Shown: positions 11,945 through 21,654, numbered from the stretch's first letter. The stretch: DNA of 64,000 nt from an uncultured Desulfarculus sp. (GCA_963665125.2 CAXXUK010000001.1:608001-672000), one strand, 5' to 3'. Numbers and translations: made by a program. Notes: a model not told the origin generated them from the sequence alone.

Positions 11945-13150
11945 ATGAAACGAATCTTGAGCATGATTCTGGGGCTCGCTTTGGCACTTGCCTTGACCTT
12001 GCCGGCCATGGCTGGAGATGTTCCAGGAGTAACCAAGGACACCATCAAAATTGGTCAATGGGGGCCGCAGACCGGACCGGCGGCCTTATGGGGCGCGGTC
12101 GCCCGCGGCACCGGACTGTTTTTTAAAATGATTAACGACGAGGGTGGTATCAACGGTCGCAAGGTCGAGTATTTCATGCGCGACGACGGTTACCAGCCCA
12201 ACAAGACCAAGGCCATTGTAAAGGAACTGGTCGAAAAAGAAGGCGTGTGGGGCTTTGTCGGCGGTTTGGGCACCAGCCCGGGCATGGCCGTCATGCCGTA
12301 TCTGGTCGAGAAGAACATCCCCTGGGTTTCGCCTACATCAGGCAGCACCCATTGGGCCTTCCCGCCCAAGAATAACATTTGGGCCACCTATCCGACATAT
12401 CCTGTGGATGCTATCCTGCTTACCCGCTATGCCCTGGACACCCTGAAAAAGACAAAGATCGGCTTCATCTACCAGAATGACGATTACGGCAAGGGGGGCC
12501 TGGTCGGCGCGGAAAAAGAACTGCGCGATCGAGGCATGAAACTGGCCGCATCCGTTTCTACGGAGATTGCCGACACCGATCTGAGCACCCAGGTGCTTAA
12601 GCTCAAGGAGGCCGGTTGCGAGGTGGTGCTCTTGTGGCTGCTGCCCAAGCAGGCGGCAATCACCCTAGGCACCGCTGTTAAGATGGGCTACCATCCCCAG
12701 TTCATGACCTCCAGCACCCTGGCTGATGCCGAATTGATGCACAAAGTCACAAAGGGACTATGGAAGGGCGTTATTTTTACCACATATGGAGAATTGCCCT
12801 ATTCCAATCATCCCCTTATGGTCAAATACCGCGCAGCCTGGAAGAAGTACGCGCCCCAGGAGCGTTGGGGTCCGTTCTACACCGCGGGAATCTACTATGC
12901 CGAGCCCCTCGCAGAGGGCATTAAGCGTTGTGGTGACGACCTGAGCTACGACAATTTCGTCAAGATCATGGAAAATATGAAAGACTGGAAGGGCGGCAGT
13001 GGCGCACCGCTCACGTTCGGACCCAACCGACGCCAGGGAACCAACAGCCTCTTCTTGGTGGTTTGCGATCCCACGGCGCCCGGCATGGCTAAAAAGATTT
13101 CCGACTGGATGACAGTGGAAAACTTCAGCATGGAGTGGTTGGAAAAGTAG
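11945..13150 (+). CDS. ABC substrate-binding protein, paralog 2 of 5
   Basis: Same motifs as paralog 1; start moved to ATG 11945 behind GGGAGAAGG. Confidence 0.92.
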   Translation: MKRILSMILGLALALALTLPAMAGDVPGVTKDTIKIGQWGPQTGPAALWGAVARGTGLFFKMINDEGGINGRKVEYFMRDDGYQPNKTKAIVKELVEKEGVWGFVGGLGTSPGMAVMPYLVEKNIPWVSPTSGSTHWAFPPKNNIWATYPTYPVDAILLTRYALDTLKKTKIGFIYQNDDYGKGGLVGAEKELRDRGMKLAASVSTEIADTDLSTQVLKLKEAGCEVVLLWLLPKQAAITLGTAVKMGYHPQFMTSSTLADAELMHKVTKGLWKGVIFTTYGELPYSNHPLMVKYRAAWKKYAPQERWGPFYTAGIYYAEPLAEGIKRCGDDLSYDNFVKIMENMKDWKGGSGAPLTFGPNRRQGTNSLFLVVCDPTAPGMAKKISDWMTVENFSMEWLEK

Positions 13151-13293
13151 CGCGTTAATAGTGTTGCGCCGCTAGGGCGCAACACTATTAAATGCTTCTT
13201 GAATAGGGGTTCCGAGAGCCCCGCCGAAGGAGAGGCTGGCGGCAGGGATTAACCGCCAATGATGAATCAACAGTCATTATTCGGGAGAAAGCG
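13151..13293 (+). promoter_or_regulatory. Structured 143-nt intergenic element, copy 2
   Basis: 16-bp perfect stem 13155-13191; TTCTTGA 13196-13202; GGGGTT-CCGAG-AGCCCC 13206-13222; TGGCGG...CCGCCA 13237-13258; TATTCGGGAGAA 13278-13289. Confidence 0.6.
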
Positions 13294-14499
13294 ATGAAAC
13301 GAATCCTGAGCGTGACTCTGGCGTTTGCCTTGGCACTTGCCTTGGCAATGCCGGCTGCGGCCGGAGACGTGCCTGGAGTTACCAAAGACACCATCAAAAT
13401 TGGTCAATGGGGACCCCAGACCGGACCCGCAGCCCTCTGGGGCTCGGTCGCCCGCGGAACCGGTTTGTACCTCAAATACATTAACTCCCTTGGCGGGATT
13501 AATGGACGCAAGTTTGAGTATTTCCTGCGTGATGACGGTTACCAGCCCAACAAGACCAAGGCCATTGTCAAGGAACTGGTCGAAAAAGAGGGCGTTTGGG
13601 GATTCATTGCCGGCGTGGGCACCACGCCCGGTATGGCTGTCATGCCTTATCTGGTCGAGAAAAACATCCCCTGGGTGTCTCCCTCTTCGGGCAGCACTCA
13701 CTGGTGCTATCCGCCCAAGAAAAACATCTGGGGCGCCTATCCGGTGTATCCGGTTGACGCCTATCTGCTGACCCAGTATGCCGTGGAAGGCCTGAAGAAG
13801 ACCAAGGTCGGCTTCATGTACCAGAACGATGACTACGGCAAGGGCGGCCTGGTTGGCGCGGAAAAATACCTGCGCGACAAGGGCATGAAGTTGGCCGGTG
13901 CGGTTTCGACCGAGGTTACCGACACCGACTTGAGCACCCAGGTGATCAAGCTCAAGGAGGCCGGTTGCGACGTGGTGATCATGTGGCTGCTGCCCAAGCA
14001 GGCGGCCATCACCGTGGGTACGGCGGCCAAGATGGGTTACCGTCCCCAGTTCATGACCTCCACCACCCTTTCCGATACCGCTCTGATGTACAAGATTACA
14101 AAGGGCCTTTGGAAGGGTGTCATCTGCACGACCTTTGGTCAGCTTCCGTTCTCTGATCATCCGCTGATGGTCAAATACCGCGAAGCCTGGAAGCAGTATG
14201 CTCCCCAGGAGCGCTGGGGTCCGTTCTTTACCTCGGGTATGTACTATGCCGAGCCCATGATCGAAGGCATCAAACGCTGTGGCGACGACCTGAGTTACGA
14301 CAACTTTGTCAAGGCCATGGAAAGCATCAAGGACTGGAAAGAAGGAACCGGTGCGCCTTTGACCTTCGGACCTGACAAACGCCAGGGCAGCAACAGCGTG
14401 TTCATGGTGGTTTGTGATCCCGAGGCTCCGGGTATGGCCAAGCAGATCTCCGACTGGATGACGGTGGATAATTTCAGTTTGGAGTGGTTGGAAAAGTAG
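13294..14499 (+). CDS. ABC substrate-binding protein, paralog 3 of 5
   Basis: Same motifs; signal peptide. Confidence 0.92.
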   Translation: MKRILSVTLAFALALALAMPAAAGDVPGVTKDTIKIGQWGPQTGPAALWGSVARGTGLYLKYINSLGGINGRKFEYFLRDDGYQPNKTKAIVKELVEKEGVWGFIAGVGTTPGMAVMPYLVEKNIPWVSPSSGSTHWCYPPKKNIWGAYPVYPVDAYLLTQYAVEGLKKTKVGFMYQNDDYGKGGLVGAEKYLRDKGMKLAGAVSTEVTDTDLSTQVIKLKEAGCDVVIMWLLPKQAAITVGTAAKMGYRPQFMTSTTLSDTALMYKITKGLWKGVICTTFGQLPFSDHPLMVKYREAWKQYAPQERWGPFFTSGMYYAEPMIEGIKRCGDDLSYDNFVKAMESIKDWKEGTGAPLTFGPDKRQGSNSVFMVVCDPEAPGMAKQISDWMTVDNFSLEWLEK

Positions 14500-14523
14500 A
14501 AACAACCTAAAAGACTTATTCAT

Positions 14524-14566
14524 TAGCGCCTCCCAGGTTTTCCGACTTGGGGGGCGCTATTTTGTT
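14524..14566 (+). terminator. Rho-independent terminator after SBP3
   Basis: TAGCGCCTCCCAGGT/ACTTGGGGGGCGCTA stem followed by TTTTGTT. Confidence 0.8.
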
Positions 14567-14727
14567 AATTTAAGCTGTACGACTATAAAAATTGGTGATA
14601 GTTTGATGCGGTAATTTTTTAATCGGTGTCTTTTGTAGCGGTAATTAATATTTATTAAATAAATTCAAGTTCAGCTTGGAGCAGGCAGGTTGCACTGGGT
14701 GATTTTCCGAAAAAAGGAGTTATCTCA

Positions 14728-15936
14728 ATGAGAAGAAGGATTTCAACACTGATTTGCATGATGGCCCTGAGTTTGGTATTGGCCTTGCCGGCCGCTGCGG
14801 CGGATGTGCCGGGCGTGACCAAGGACACCATCAAAATCGGGCAATGGAGCCCACAAACCGGTCCCGCGGCCTTGTGGGGATCCGTGGCTCGCGGTACGGG
14901 CCTGTACTTCAAAATGATCAACGAAGCCGGTGGCATCAACGGCCGCAAAATCGAGTACTTCAACCGCGACGACGGCTATCAGCCCAACAAGACCAAGGCC
15001 ATTGTCAAGGAATTGGTCGAACGTGAAGGCGTTTGGGGCTTTGTCGGTGGTATAGGCACCAGCCCGGGCATGGCTGTCATGCCCTACCTGGTGGAACGCA
15101 ACATCCCCTGGGTGTCTCCCTGCTCCGGCAGCACCAACTGGGCCTTCCCGCCCAAAAAGAACATTTGGGCCACCTATCCGACGTATCCAGTCGAGGCCTA
15201 TCTGCTGACCAAATACGCCGTGGAAACTCTTAAAAAGACGAATATCGGCTTCATTTATCAGAACGACGACTACGGCAAGGGCGGCCTTTCCGGCATCGAG
15301 AAGTACCTCGGCGAAAAGGGTATGAAAATAACCGCCGCGGTCTCCACCGAGATCACGGACACCGACCTGAGCAGCCAGATCGTCAAGCTCAAGGAAGCCG
15401 GTTGCGATACCGTGCTTATGTGGCTTTTGCCCAAGCAGGCGGCCATCACCATGGGCACGGCGGCCAAGATGGGCTACCGTCCCCAGTTCATGACCTCCAG
15501 CACCCTGTCCGACACCGAATTGATGTACAAGATCACCAAGGGCCTTTGGAAGGGCGTGCTTTTCACCACCTTCGGCGCGCTGCCTTGGAGTACTGACAAC
15601 GAGGCCCTGAATAAATTCCGTGAGGCCTGGAAGAAATACGCGCCCCAGGAGCGTTGGGGCGTGTTCCTGAGTTCGGGCGCCTACTATGCCGAGCCCCTGG
15701 TGGAAGGCATTCGCCTCTGCGGCGACGACCTGAGTTACGACAACTTCGTCAAGGTCATGGAAGGCCTGAAGGGCTTCCAGAGCCTTGGTGCACCGATTAC
15801 CTTTGGTCCCAACCAGCGCCAGGGCGTCAACAGCGTATTCATGGTTGTTTGCGATCCTTCGGTCGAGGGCAAGGCCAAGCAGATCTCCGACTGGATGACC
15901 GTTGAAAACTTCAACGCGGAGACGTTCAACAAATAA
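14728..15936 (+). CDS. ABC substrate-binding protein, paralog 4 of 5
   Basis: Same motifs; AAGGAG RBS. Confidence 0.92.
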   Translation: MRRRISTLICMMALSLVLALPAAAADVPGVTKDTIKIGQWSPQTGPAALWGSVARGTGLYFKMINEAGGINGRKIEYFNRDDGYQPNKTKAIVKELVEREGVWGFVGGIGTSPGMAVMPYLVERNIPWVSPCSGSTNWAFPPKKNIWATYPTYPVEAYLLTKYAVETLKKTNIGFIYQNDDYGKGGLSGIEKYLGEKGMKITAAVSTEITDTDLSSQIVKLKEAGCDTVLMWLLPKQAAITMGTAAKMGYRPQFMTSSTLSDTELMYKITKGLWKGVLFTTFGALPWSTDNEALNKFREAWKKYAPQERWGVFLSSGAYYAEPLVEGIRLCGDDLSYDNFVKVMEGLKGFQSLGAPITFGPNQRQGVNSVFMVVCDPSVEGKAKQISDWMTVENFNAETFNK

Positions 15937-15960
15937 GCAAATAGCGCTACCCGCTTAAAC

Positions 15961-15996
15961 GCCGCTCCGGGTTTTCCCGGGGCGGCTCTTTTTTTG
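15961..15996 (+). terminator. Rho-independent terminator after SBP4
   Basis: GCCGCTCCGGG/CCCGGGGCGGC stem followed by TCTTTTTTTT. Confidence 0.85.
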
Positions 15997-16238
15997 GGGG
16001 CCTGTGGGCGGCCTTGCGGTCCCAAAGACGCAAAAACTTAGCGCTTATGCTCTGTTAAGAAAAGACGGAATAAAAAACAAGAAAGATAAGAAAAAATAAA
16101 TTAAATTATATAGACAAAATGAAAAGCCTATATTTACCGAGTGCTCATATGATAAAACAAGGTATAAGGATACTGAGTGTATAGGGATGACGTAGAAACG
16201 TCGTTTACTGGGTATGGATCCTAGATGGAGGCTTGTCG

Positions 16239-17447
16239 ATGCAAAAACGGTTTTTTTGCCTGATATTAATGCTGGGTTTGGCCTTGGCGCTGGCGGTGCC
16301 GGCCATTGCCGGCGATGTCCCCGGAGTGACCAAGAACGCCGTTAAAATTGGGCAGTGGGGGCCTCAAACCGGCCCGGCTGCTCTGTGGGGTTCTGTGTGC
16401 CGTGGTACTGGCCTGTATTTCAGAATGGTCAATGAAGCGGGCGGCATCAATGGCCGAAAAATTGATTATTACATGCGCGACGACGGGTATCAGCCCAACA
16501 AAACCAAGGCAATCGTCAAGGAGCTGGTGGAAAAAGAAGGCGTCTGGGGATTTGTCGGCGGCGTGGGCACCAGCCCGGGCATGGCTGTGATGCCCTATCT
16601 GGTGGAGCGCAACATCCCCTGGGTGTCCCCCGCTTCTGGCAGCACCCACTGGGCCTTCCCGCCCAAGCCCAACCTTTGGTCCACCTATTCCACATTCCCG
16701 GTTGATGCCATCCTGATCACCCGCTATGCCATCGACACCCTGAAGAAGTCAAAGATCGGCTTTATTTACCAGAACGACGATTACGGCAAAGGCGGCCTGA
16801 TCGGCGTGGAAAAGGAGCTGCGCGACCGTGGCATGAAGCTGGCGGCCGCCGTTCCCACCGAGATCACCGAAACGGACCTCAGTTCGCAGGTGCTCAAGCT
16901 CAAAGACGCCGGGTGTGATGTGGTCATCGCCTGGCTGCTGCCCAAGCAGGCGGCAATCACCCTGGGCACCGCCGCCAAAATGGGCTTCAAACCTCAATTT
17001 ATGGCCCCCAGCGCCTTGGGCGACTCCGAACTGATGTACAAAATCACCAAGGGGCTGTGGAAGGACGTCATCTTCGCGTCATACATTGATTTGGTCTGGT
17101 CCGAGGATAACCCGGCCCTGGTGAAGTTCCGTGAAGCCTGGAAGAAATTTACTCCAGAGGAACGCTTTGGACCGTTTTTGGTGGTCGGCGCCTACTTTGC
17201 CGAGACCATGGTCGAGGGGCTCAAGCGTTGCGGTGACGACCTCAGCTATGAAAACTTCATCAAGAGCATGGAAAGCCTGAAAAACTTCCAGGGCATCGGC
17301 GCGCCGATCACCTTTGGGCCAAACAAGCGCCAGGGCTGCAACAGCCTTTTCATGGTCGTGTGCGACCCGAGCGCCAAGGGTATGGCCCGCAAGCTGACCG
17401 ATTGGATGACCGTGGAAAACTTCAGCATGGAATGGCTCGAGAAATAG
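16239..17447 (+). CDS. ABC substrate-binding protein, paralog 5 of 5 (most diverged)
   Basis: Same motifs; ATG 16239 behind GGAGG. Confidence 0.92.
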   Translation: MQKRFFCLILMLGLALALAVPAIAGDVPGVTKNAVKIGQWGPQTGPAALWGSVCRGTGLYFRMVNEAGGINGRKIDYYMRDDGYQPNKTKAIVKELVEKEGVWGFVGGVGTSPGMAVMPYLVERNIPWVSPASGSTHWAFPPKPNLWSTYSTFPVDAILITRYAIDTLKKSKIGFIYQNDDYGKGGLIGVEKELRDRGMKLAAAVPTEITETDLSSQVLKLKDAGCDVVIAWLLPKQAAITLGTAAKMGFKPQFMAPSALGDSELMYKITKGLWKDVIFASYIDLVWSEDNPALVKFREAWKKFTPEERFGPFLVVGAYFAETMVEGLKRCGDDLSYENFIKSMESLKNFQGIGAPITFGPNKRQGCNSLFMVVCDPSAKGMARKLTDWMTVENFSMEWLEK

Positions 17448-17472
17448 CACGAGCCTGATTCTCCAAAACAGC

Positions 17473-17513
17473 AGCGCCGTCCGGAAGTGATTCCGGGCGG
17501 CGCTTGGTTTTTT
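17473..17513 (+). terminator. Terminator between convergent SBP5 and the ACT gene
   Basis: AGCGCCGTCCGGAA/TTCCGGGCGGCGCT stem with a T-rich tail. Confidence 0.8.
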
Positions 17514-17533
17514 CGGGCTTGGTGTAAGAGTGC

Positions 17534-17971
17534 CTACATATTGTAGAGTTCTTCACCGTACAGGCGGATCCACTCCTTTTGCAGAGCGTCCACCGCCAAC
17601 TCGAGCTTTTCGTCCTTGACCCCGATAATCAAAACGGTCGAATCGGTGGTCTGAATCGTCGGATAGATGAAAGACACATTGATCCCGGCGCGCTTGAGCG
17701 GGTTGAGAACCGCCAACAGGCCTCCGGCGTGGTGGGGTGTCTCGGCCGCCAGCACCTGCTGGGTCTTGACATCGACGCCCTGGCCGCTGAGCACGTTGTG
17801 GGCCTTTTCCGGATTGTCGGCCACGAAACGCATCAGGCCCTCATCGCCGGGAAGAGCGGTGGTGACAAAGAACGCGATGATGTTTACTCCGGCGTCTCCC
17901 ATCATCTCGCTGATAGCAGCCAATTGGCCCGGAGTATCCGGAATCGTAATGGTGAGCTGGGTGACGGTCAT
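17534..17971 (-). CDS. Tandem ACT domain protein
   Basis: QLTITIPDTPGQLA...GVNI and HAGGLLAVLNPLKRAGINV form two ACT repeats. Confidence 0.85.
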   Translation of the reverse strand: MTVTQLTITIPDTPGQLAAISEMMGDAGVNIIAFFVTTALPGDEGLMRFVADNPEKAHNVLSGQGVDVKTQQVLAAETPHHAGGLLAVLNPLKRAGINVSFIYPTIQTTDSTVLIIGVKDEKLELAVDALQKEWIRLYGEELYNM

Positions 17972-17973
17972 CT

Positions 17974-18531
17974 CTAGCTCTCCTTGCCCGCCAGGCGGCG
18001 TACATGGTCGGCACCCACTTCCAGGGCCCGCCGGTTGAGTTCCAAAACTTTTTCTTTTTTGCCCAGGCCCGTCTGGGCCAGGGCCTGCTTTATCGCATCA
18101 ATACTAACCACCCCGGTGGCCTGGGCCATGGCGCCCAGCATTACGACGTTGGCCGAACGGTCTTCGCCCAGCTCGTGGGCCAGGGTGTTTACAGGCACTT
18201 TGATGATCTTCAGGTCGTCACGGCCCAACGCATCCTTGACCAGGTCCTCGTTGATCAGGATGGTGCCGCCGGTGCGCACGACATTGGCAAAGCGCAGCAG
18301 GCTCGGGTTGTTCATCACCACCAGGAAATCGGGCGTGCTGGACACCGGGCTGGCGATTTCCTCATCGGAAACCACAACCGTGCAGTTTGCCGTGCCCCCG
18401 CGGACCTCGGCGCCGTAGGACGGCAGATAGGTGACGTTTTTTCCTTCATTCATGGCCGTCAGAGCCAGGGTGTATCCCATCAGAAGGACTCCCTGGCCTC
18501 CGAAACCGGCGAAAATGCTTTTGACGGTCAC
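17974..18531 (-). CDS. 2-oxoacid:ferredoxin oxidoreductase gamma subunit
   Basis: AGFGGQG, PSYGAEVRGGTANC, ANVVMLGA. Confidence 0.93.
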   Translation of the reverse strand: MTVKSIFAGFGGQGVLLMGYTLALTAMNEGKNVTYLPSYGAEVRGGTANCTVVVSDEEIASPVSSTPDFLVVMNNPSLLRFANVVRTGGTILINEDLVKDALGRDDLKIIKVPVNTLAHELGEDRSANVVMLGAMAQATGVVSIDAIKQALAQTGLGKKEKVLELNRRALEVGADHVRRLAGKES

Positions 18532-18552
18532 TGAGACCTCCTTGGGCGGCTG

Positions 18553-19299
18553 CTATTTGTAGCCGGTCTCGTCTTTGATGTTGCCCAGGGGGAACACCTT
18601 GGTCATATCGCTTTCAATCCACTTACAGGCCTGAACGGGCGACATCTTCCAGTTGGTGGGGCACGCTGAAAGCACCTCTACCAGACTGAATCCCTTGCCG
18701 TCAATCTGGGTCTGGAAGGCCGTTTTGATGGCCTTTTTGGCCTTTTTCACCTTGGCCGGAGACGTCACCGCCACTCTCTCCAAAAATACGCTGCCCTTGG
18801 CTATGGCCAGCATTTCGGTGAGGTTCAACGGCGAACCGTCGCGATCAACATCGCGGCCGCCCGGCGTGGTGGTGGAATTCATGCCCGGCAGGGTGGTGGG
18901 GGCCATTTGGCCGCCGGTCATGCCGTAAACACCGTTGTTGACGAAAATGGCAGTGATGTTTTCGCCACGGTTGGCCGCGTGAATGGTTTCAGCGGTACCT
19001 ATGGCGGCGATGTCGCCGTCACCCTGATAGGTGAAGACGATTTTTTCGGGCAACACCCGCTTGATGCCGGTGGCCACGGCCAGGGCTCTGCCGTGGGGGG
19101 CCTCGCCCATGTCCACGTCAAAGTAGTTGTAGGCCAGGACCGCGCATCCTGCCGGGGGCACGCCGATGACGTCTTCACGGATGCCCAGTTCGTCGAACAC
19201 CTCGGCCACCAAACGGTGGATCAGGGAGTGTCCGCAGCCGGGGCAGTAGTGGAAAATATTGGGCTTGAGGCTCTTGGGAGCTTCGAAGACTTTTTTCAT
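18553..19299 (-). CDS. 2-oxoacid:ferredoxin oxidoreductase beta (TPP-binding) subunit, VOR-type
   Basis: [30 protein letters not shown]. Confidence 0.93.
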   Translation of the reverse strand: MKKVFEAPKSLKPNIFHYCPGCGHSLIHRLVAEVFDELGIREDVIGVPPAGCAVLAYNYFDVDMGEAPHGRALAVATGIKRVLPEKIVFTYQGDGDIAAIGTAETIHAANRGENITAIFVNNGVYGMTGGQMAPTTLPGMNSTTTPGGRDVDRDGSPLNLTEMLAIAKGSVFLERVAVTSPAKVKKAKKAIKTAFQTQIDGKGFSLVEVLSACPTNWKMSPVQACKWIESDMTKVFPLGNIKDETGYK

Positions 19300-20402
19300 T
19301 TTAAGCCTCCCGCCGCTAAACCGGAGGAATCGTCCTGATCCAACTGGGCCCGGTAGTAGTAATGGGTGATCTGGTGGGCCACTTCGTCGGGAGTGGGCAC
19401 CATGCCGCCGGGACGGCCGTAGAAGTTGACCTCGGCCCGGCCCTTGACGGCCAGTTCGACGTCTTCGATCATCTGGCCTGAGCTAAGCTCCACCACCAAC
19501 AGTTGGCGCACGACCTTGCTCAGTTCCCACAGGGCCTTGTAGGGGAAGGGCCACAGGGTCTTGGGCCGCAGAAGGCCGACCTTCATGCCCATCTGCCGTA
19601 CGCGGGCGATGGCGCCCTTGGCGATGCGGGCGGCCGTTCCATAGGCCACGAGCACCATGCGGGCGTCTTCGGTCATGTACGATTCCCAGGCCACCTCTTC
19701 ACGAACAACCGCATCGTATTTACGGGTGAGCTTGTAGTTGTGCTCCTCGAGAACCTTGGGGTTCAGCAGCAGCGACAGGATGGCCCGGGGCGGGCGGCCC
19801 TTGGCGCCGGACAGGGTCCAGTCCTTGGCCGGCAAGGAAGCCAAATCAATGGCCTCGGGGAATTCCACCGGCTCCATCATCTGGCCCATCATGCCGTCGC
19901 CCATGATCATAACCGGGTTGCGGTATTTGTCGGCAAGGTCGAAGGCCTTGAAGGTCATGTCGCACAGTTCCTGGCACGAGGCCGGAGCCAGCACGATGCA
20001 GCGGTAGTCGCCGTGGCCGCCGCCTCTGGTGGCCTGGAAGTAGTCGCTCTGGGCCGGGGCGATGTTGCCCAGGCCGGGTCCGCCGCGGACCATGTTGGCC
20101 ACCACGGCCGGAAGTTCAAGACCGGCCAGATAGCTGATGCCTTCCTGCTTCAGGCTGATGCCCGGGCTGGAAGAGCTGGTCATTACCCTGCCGCCGGCCA
20201 TGGAAGCGCCGATCACCATGTTGATGGAGGCCAATTCGCTCTCGGCCTGCACGAACGTGCCGCCGACCTCCAGCAAACGGCCGGACATGTACTCGGGCAC
20301 TTCGTTCTGCGGCGTGATGGGGTAGCCGAAATAATAACGGCAACCGGCGCGGACCGCCGCCTCGCCCAGAACGTGGCTTCCTCGCATTAATTTCTTAGCC
20401 AC
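19296..20402 (-). CDS. vorB: 2-oxoacid:ferredoxin oxidoreductase alpha subunit (2-ketoisovalerate VOR-type)
   Basis: [45 protein letters not shown] start at 20402. Confidence 0.88.
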   Translation of the reverse strand: MAKKLMRGSHVLGEAAVRAGCRYYFGYPITPQNEVPEYMSGRLLEVGGTFVQAESELASINMVIGASMAGGRVMTSSSSPGISLKQEGISYLAGLELPAVVANMVRGGPGLGNIAPAQSDYFQATRGGGHGDYRCIVLAPASCQELCDMTFKAFDLADKYRNPVMIMGDGMMGQMMEPVEFPEAIDLASLPAKDWTLSGAKGRPPRAILSLLLNPKVLEEHNYKLTRKYDAVVREEVAWESYMTEDARMVLVAYGTAARIAKGAIARVRQMGMKVGLLRPKTLWPFPYKALWELSKVVRQLLVVELSSGQMIEDVELAVKGRAEVNFYGRPGGMVPTPDEVAHQITHYYYRAQLDQDDSSGLAAGGLK

Positions 20403-20625
20403 GGTACACCTCAATCGCCAGGTCGGGGCACATCACAGCGCACATGGCGCATCCGCTACAGCCATCCTTGCCTTCGGCAGCCTCTTCAGGCTTGAAATCG
20501 GCAGGGTAATAGCCCTTGCTGTTGATGTCTTTGCTGACCTGGATGCACTGGTTTGGACAGAACGCGACGCAAAGATGGCAACCCTTGCACTTTTCGCGAT
20601 CTATTTCGATTTTACCTTTGGACAT
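20395..20625 (-). CDS. 2x[4Fe-4S] ferredoxin-like delta subunit
   Basis: CKGCHLCVAFCP and CSGCAMCAVMCP. Confidence 0.92.
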   Translation of the reverse strand: MSKGKIEIDREKCKGCHLCVAFCPNQCIQVSKDINSKGYYPADFKPEEAAEGKDGCSGCAMCAVMCPDLAIEVYRG

Positions 20626-20839
20626 CCCGACTCCAACGGATTTCCCGGCGCAGGTGGGAATTCTTGCTTACCGGGGGCTTTAAATAGCAATGTTGGTTGA
20701 AGAAAAACAAGTAGCAAAGCAAGGCCTGACTGTCAAGTGTTTGGACCAACATATTCACATTTGTTTGCATTGCCGGACGTGGTATGTAGTTGTTGAAATG
20801 GCAGCGGGTATTTAAGAAGAGTTGTAAAGCAGGCATGAC

Positions 20840-21220
20840 ATGAGCAAACTGTTGTTGATCGCCCTGGCCGGCGGAGTGGGAACCCTGGCCCGGTATGGCC
20901 TGGGCAGTCTGGTCCACCGGATATTCGGCGCTGGGTTTCCCTGGGGCACGGTCAGTGTAAATCTATTGGGGAGTTTTTTATTCGGCCTGGTCTGGACCCT
21001 GGCCTCCCAGCGCATGGTCATCAGCACCGAGGCGCGCATAATCATCCTCACCGGGTTCATGGGCGCCTTCACCACGTTTTCAACGTTCATGTTCGAGACG
21101 GGCGAACTCATACGCGGCGGGCAATGGCTGTTGGCCGGGGGCAACCTTTTACTGCAAAATATAATCGGGCTGGCTGCCGTTTTCGGCGGCATTGCCGTGG
21201 CCCGTTTATTGGCCGCATAA
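20840..21220 (+). CDS. crcB: Fluoride efflux channel Fluc/CrcB
   Basis: GGVGTLARY, FPWGTVSVN, GFMGAFTTFSTF. Confidence 0.95.
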   Translation: MSKLLLIALAGGVGTLARYGLGSLVHRIFGAGFPWGTVSVNLLGSFLFGLVWTLASQRMVISTEARIIILTGFMGAFTTFSTFMFETGELIRGGQWLLAGGNLLLQNIIGLAAVFGGIAVARLLAA

Positions 21221-21232
21221 GGAGACGTGATC

Positions 21233-21595
21233 ATGAAGCTCGATGGCCAGTGCAAGATTCTGCGGATATTCATCGGTGAAGGTGATCGCCACAAGGGACG
21301 GCCGCTGTACCAGGCCATAGCCGAACTGGCCCGGGAAAAAGGCCTGGCCGGGGCGACGGTCCTGCGGGGCGTGTTGGGCTATGGGGCCAACAGCCGCATG
21401 CACACCGACCGCATCCTGAGGCTAAGCGAGGAACTGCCCATGGTGGTGGAGATCGTCGATGTGGAAGAAAAAATCTCCGCGTTTCTGCCGCTGCTGGACG
21501 ATCTGATCTCCGAAGGCCTGGTCACCATTGAAAACGTCAACGTAGTCGCCTACCGCTCCAGTACCGAGAAGTATGCCCAGAGGCGCTCGAAATAA
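21233..21595 (+). CDS. DUF190 (PII-like) protein
   Basis: LRIFIGEGD, GLAGATVLRGVLGYG, LSEELPMVVEIVD; usual crcB neighbour. Confidence 0.9.
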   Translation: MKLDGQCKILRIFIGEGDRHKGRPLYQAIAELAREKGLAGATVLRGVLGYGANSRMHTDRILRLSEELPMVVEIVDVEEKISAFLPLLDDLISEGLVTIENVNVVAYRSSTEKYAQRRSK

Positions 21596-21654
21596 TAGGA
21601 TTTTTGCCAAACTGTAACTGGTTTCCACTGGTTGGATTTGCTATTGTCATAAAC

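Noticed and set aside
10599..17447. CRISPR array or diversity-generating retroelement as the source of the repeats
   Set aside because: The repeats are whole intact paralogous genes; no repeat-spacer pattern, reverse transcriptase or adenine-specific variation.
20626..20839. Fluoride riboswitch expected upstream of crcB
   Set aside because: I could not find the GGnGAUGnnGUUCnCC...GAUGACnCC pattern; an Rfam crcB covariance search would settle it.
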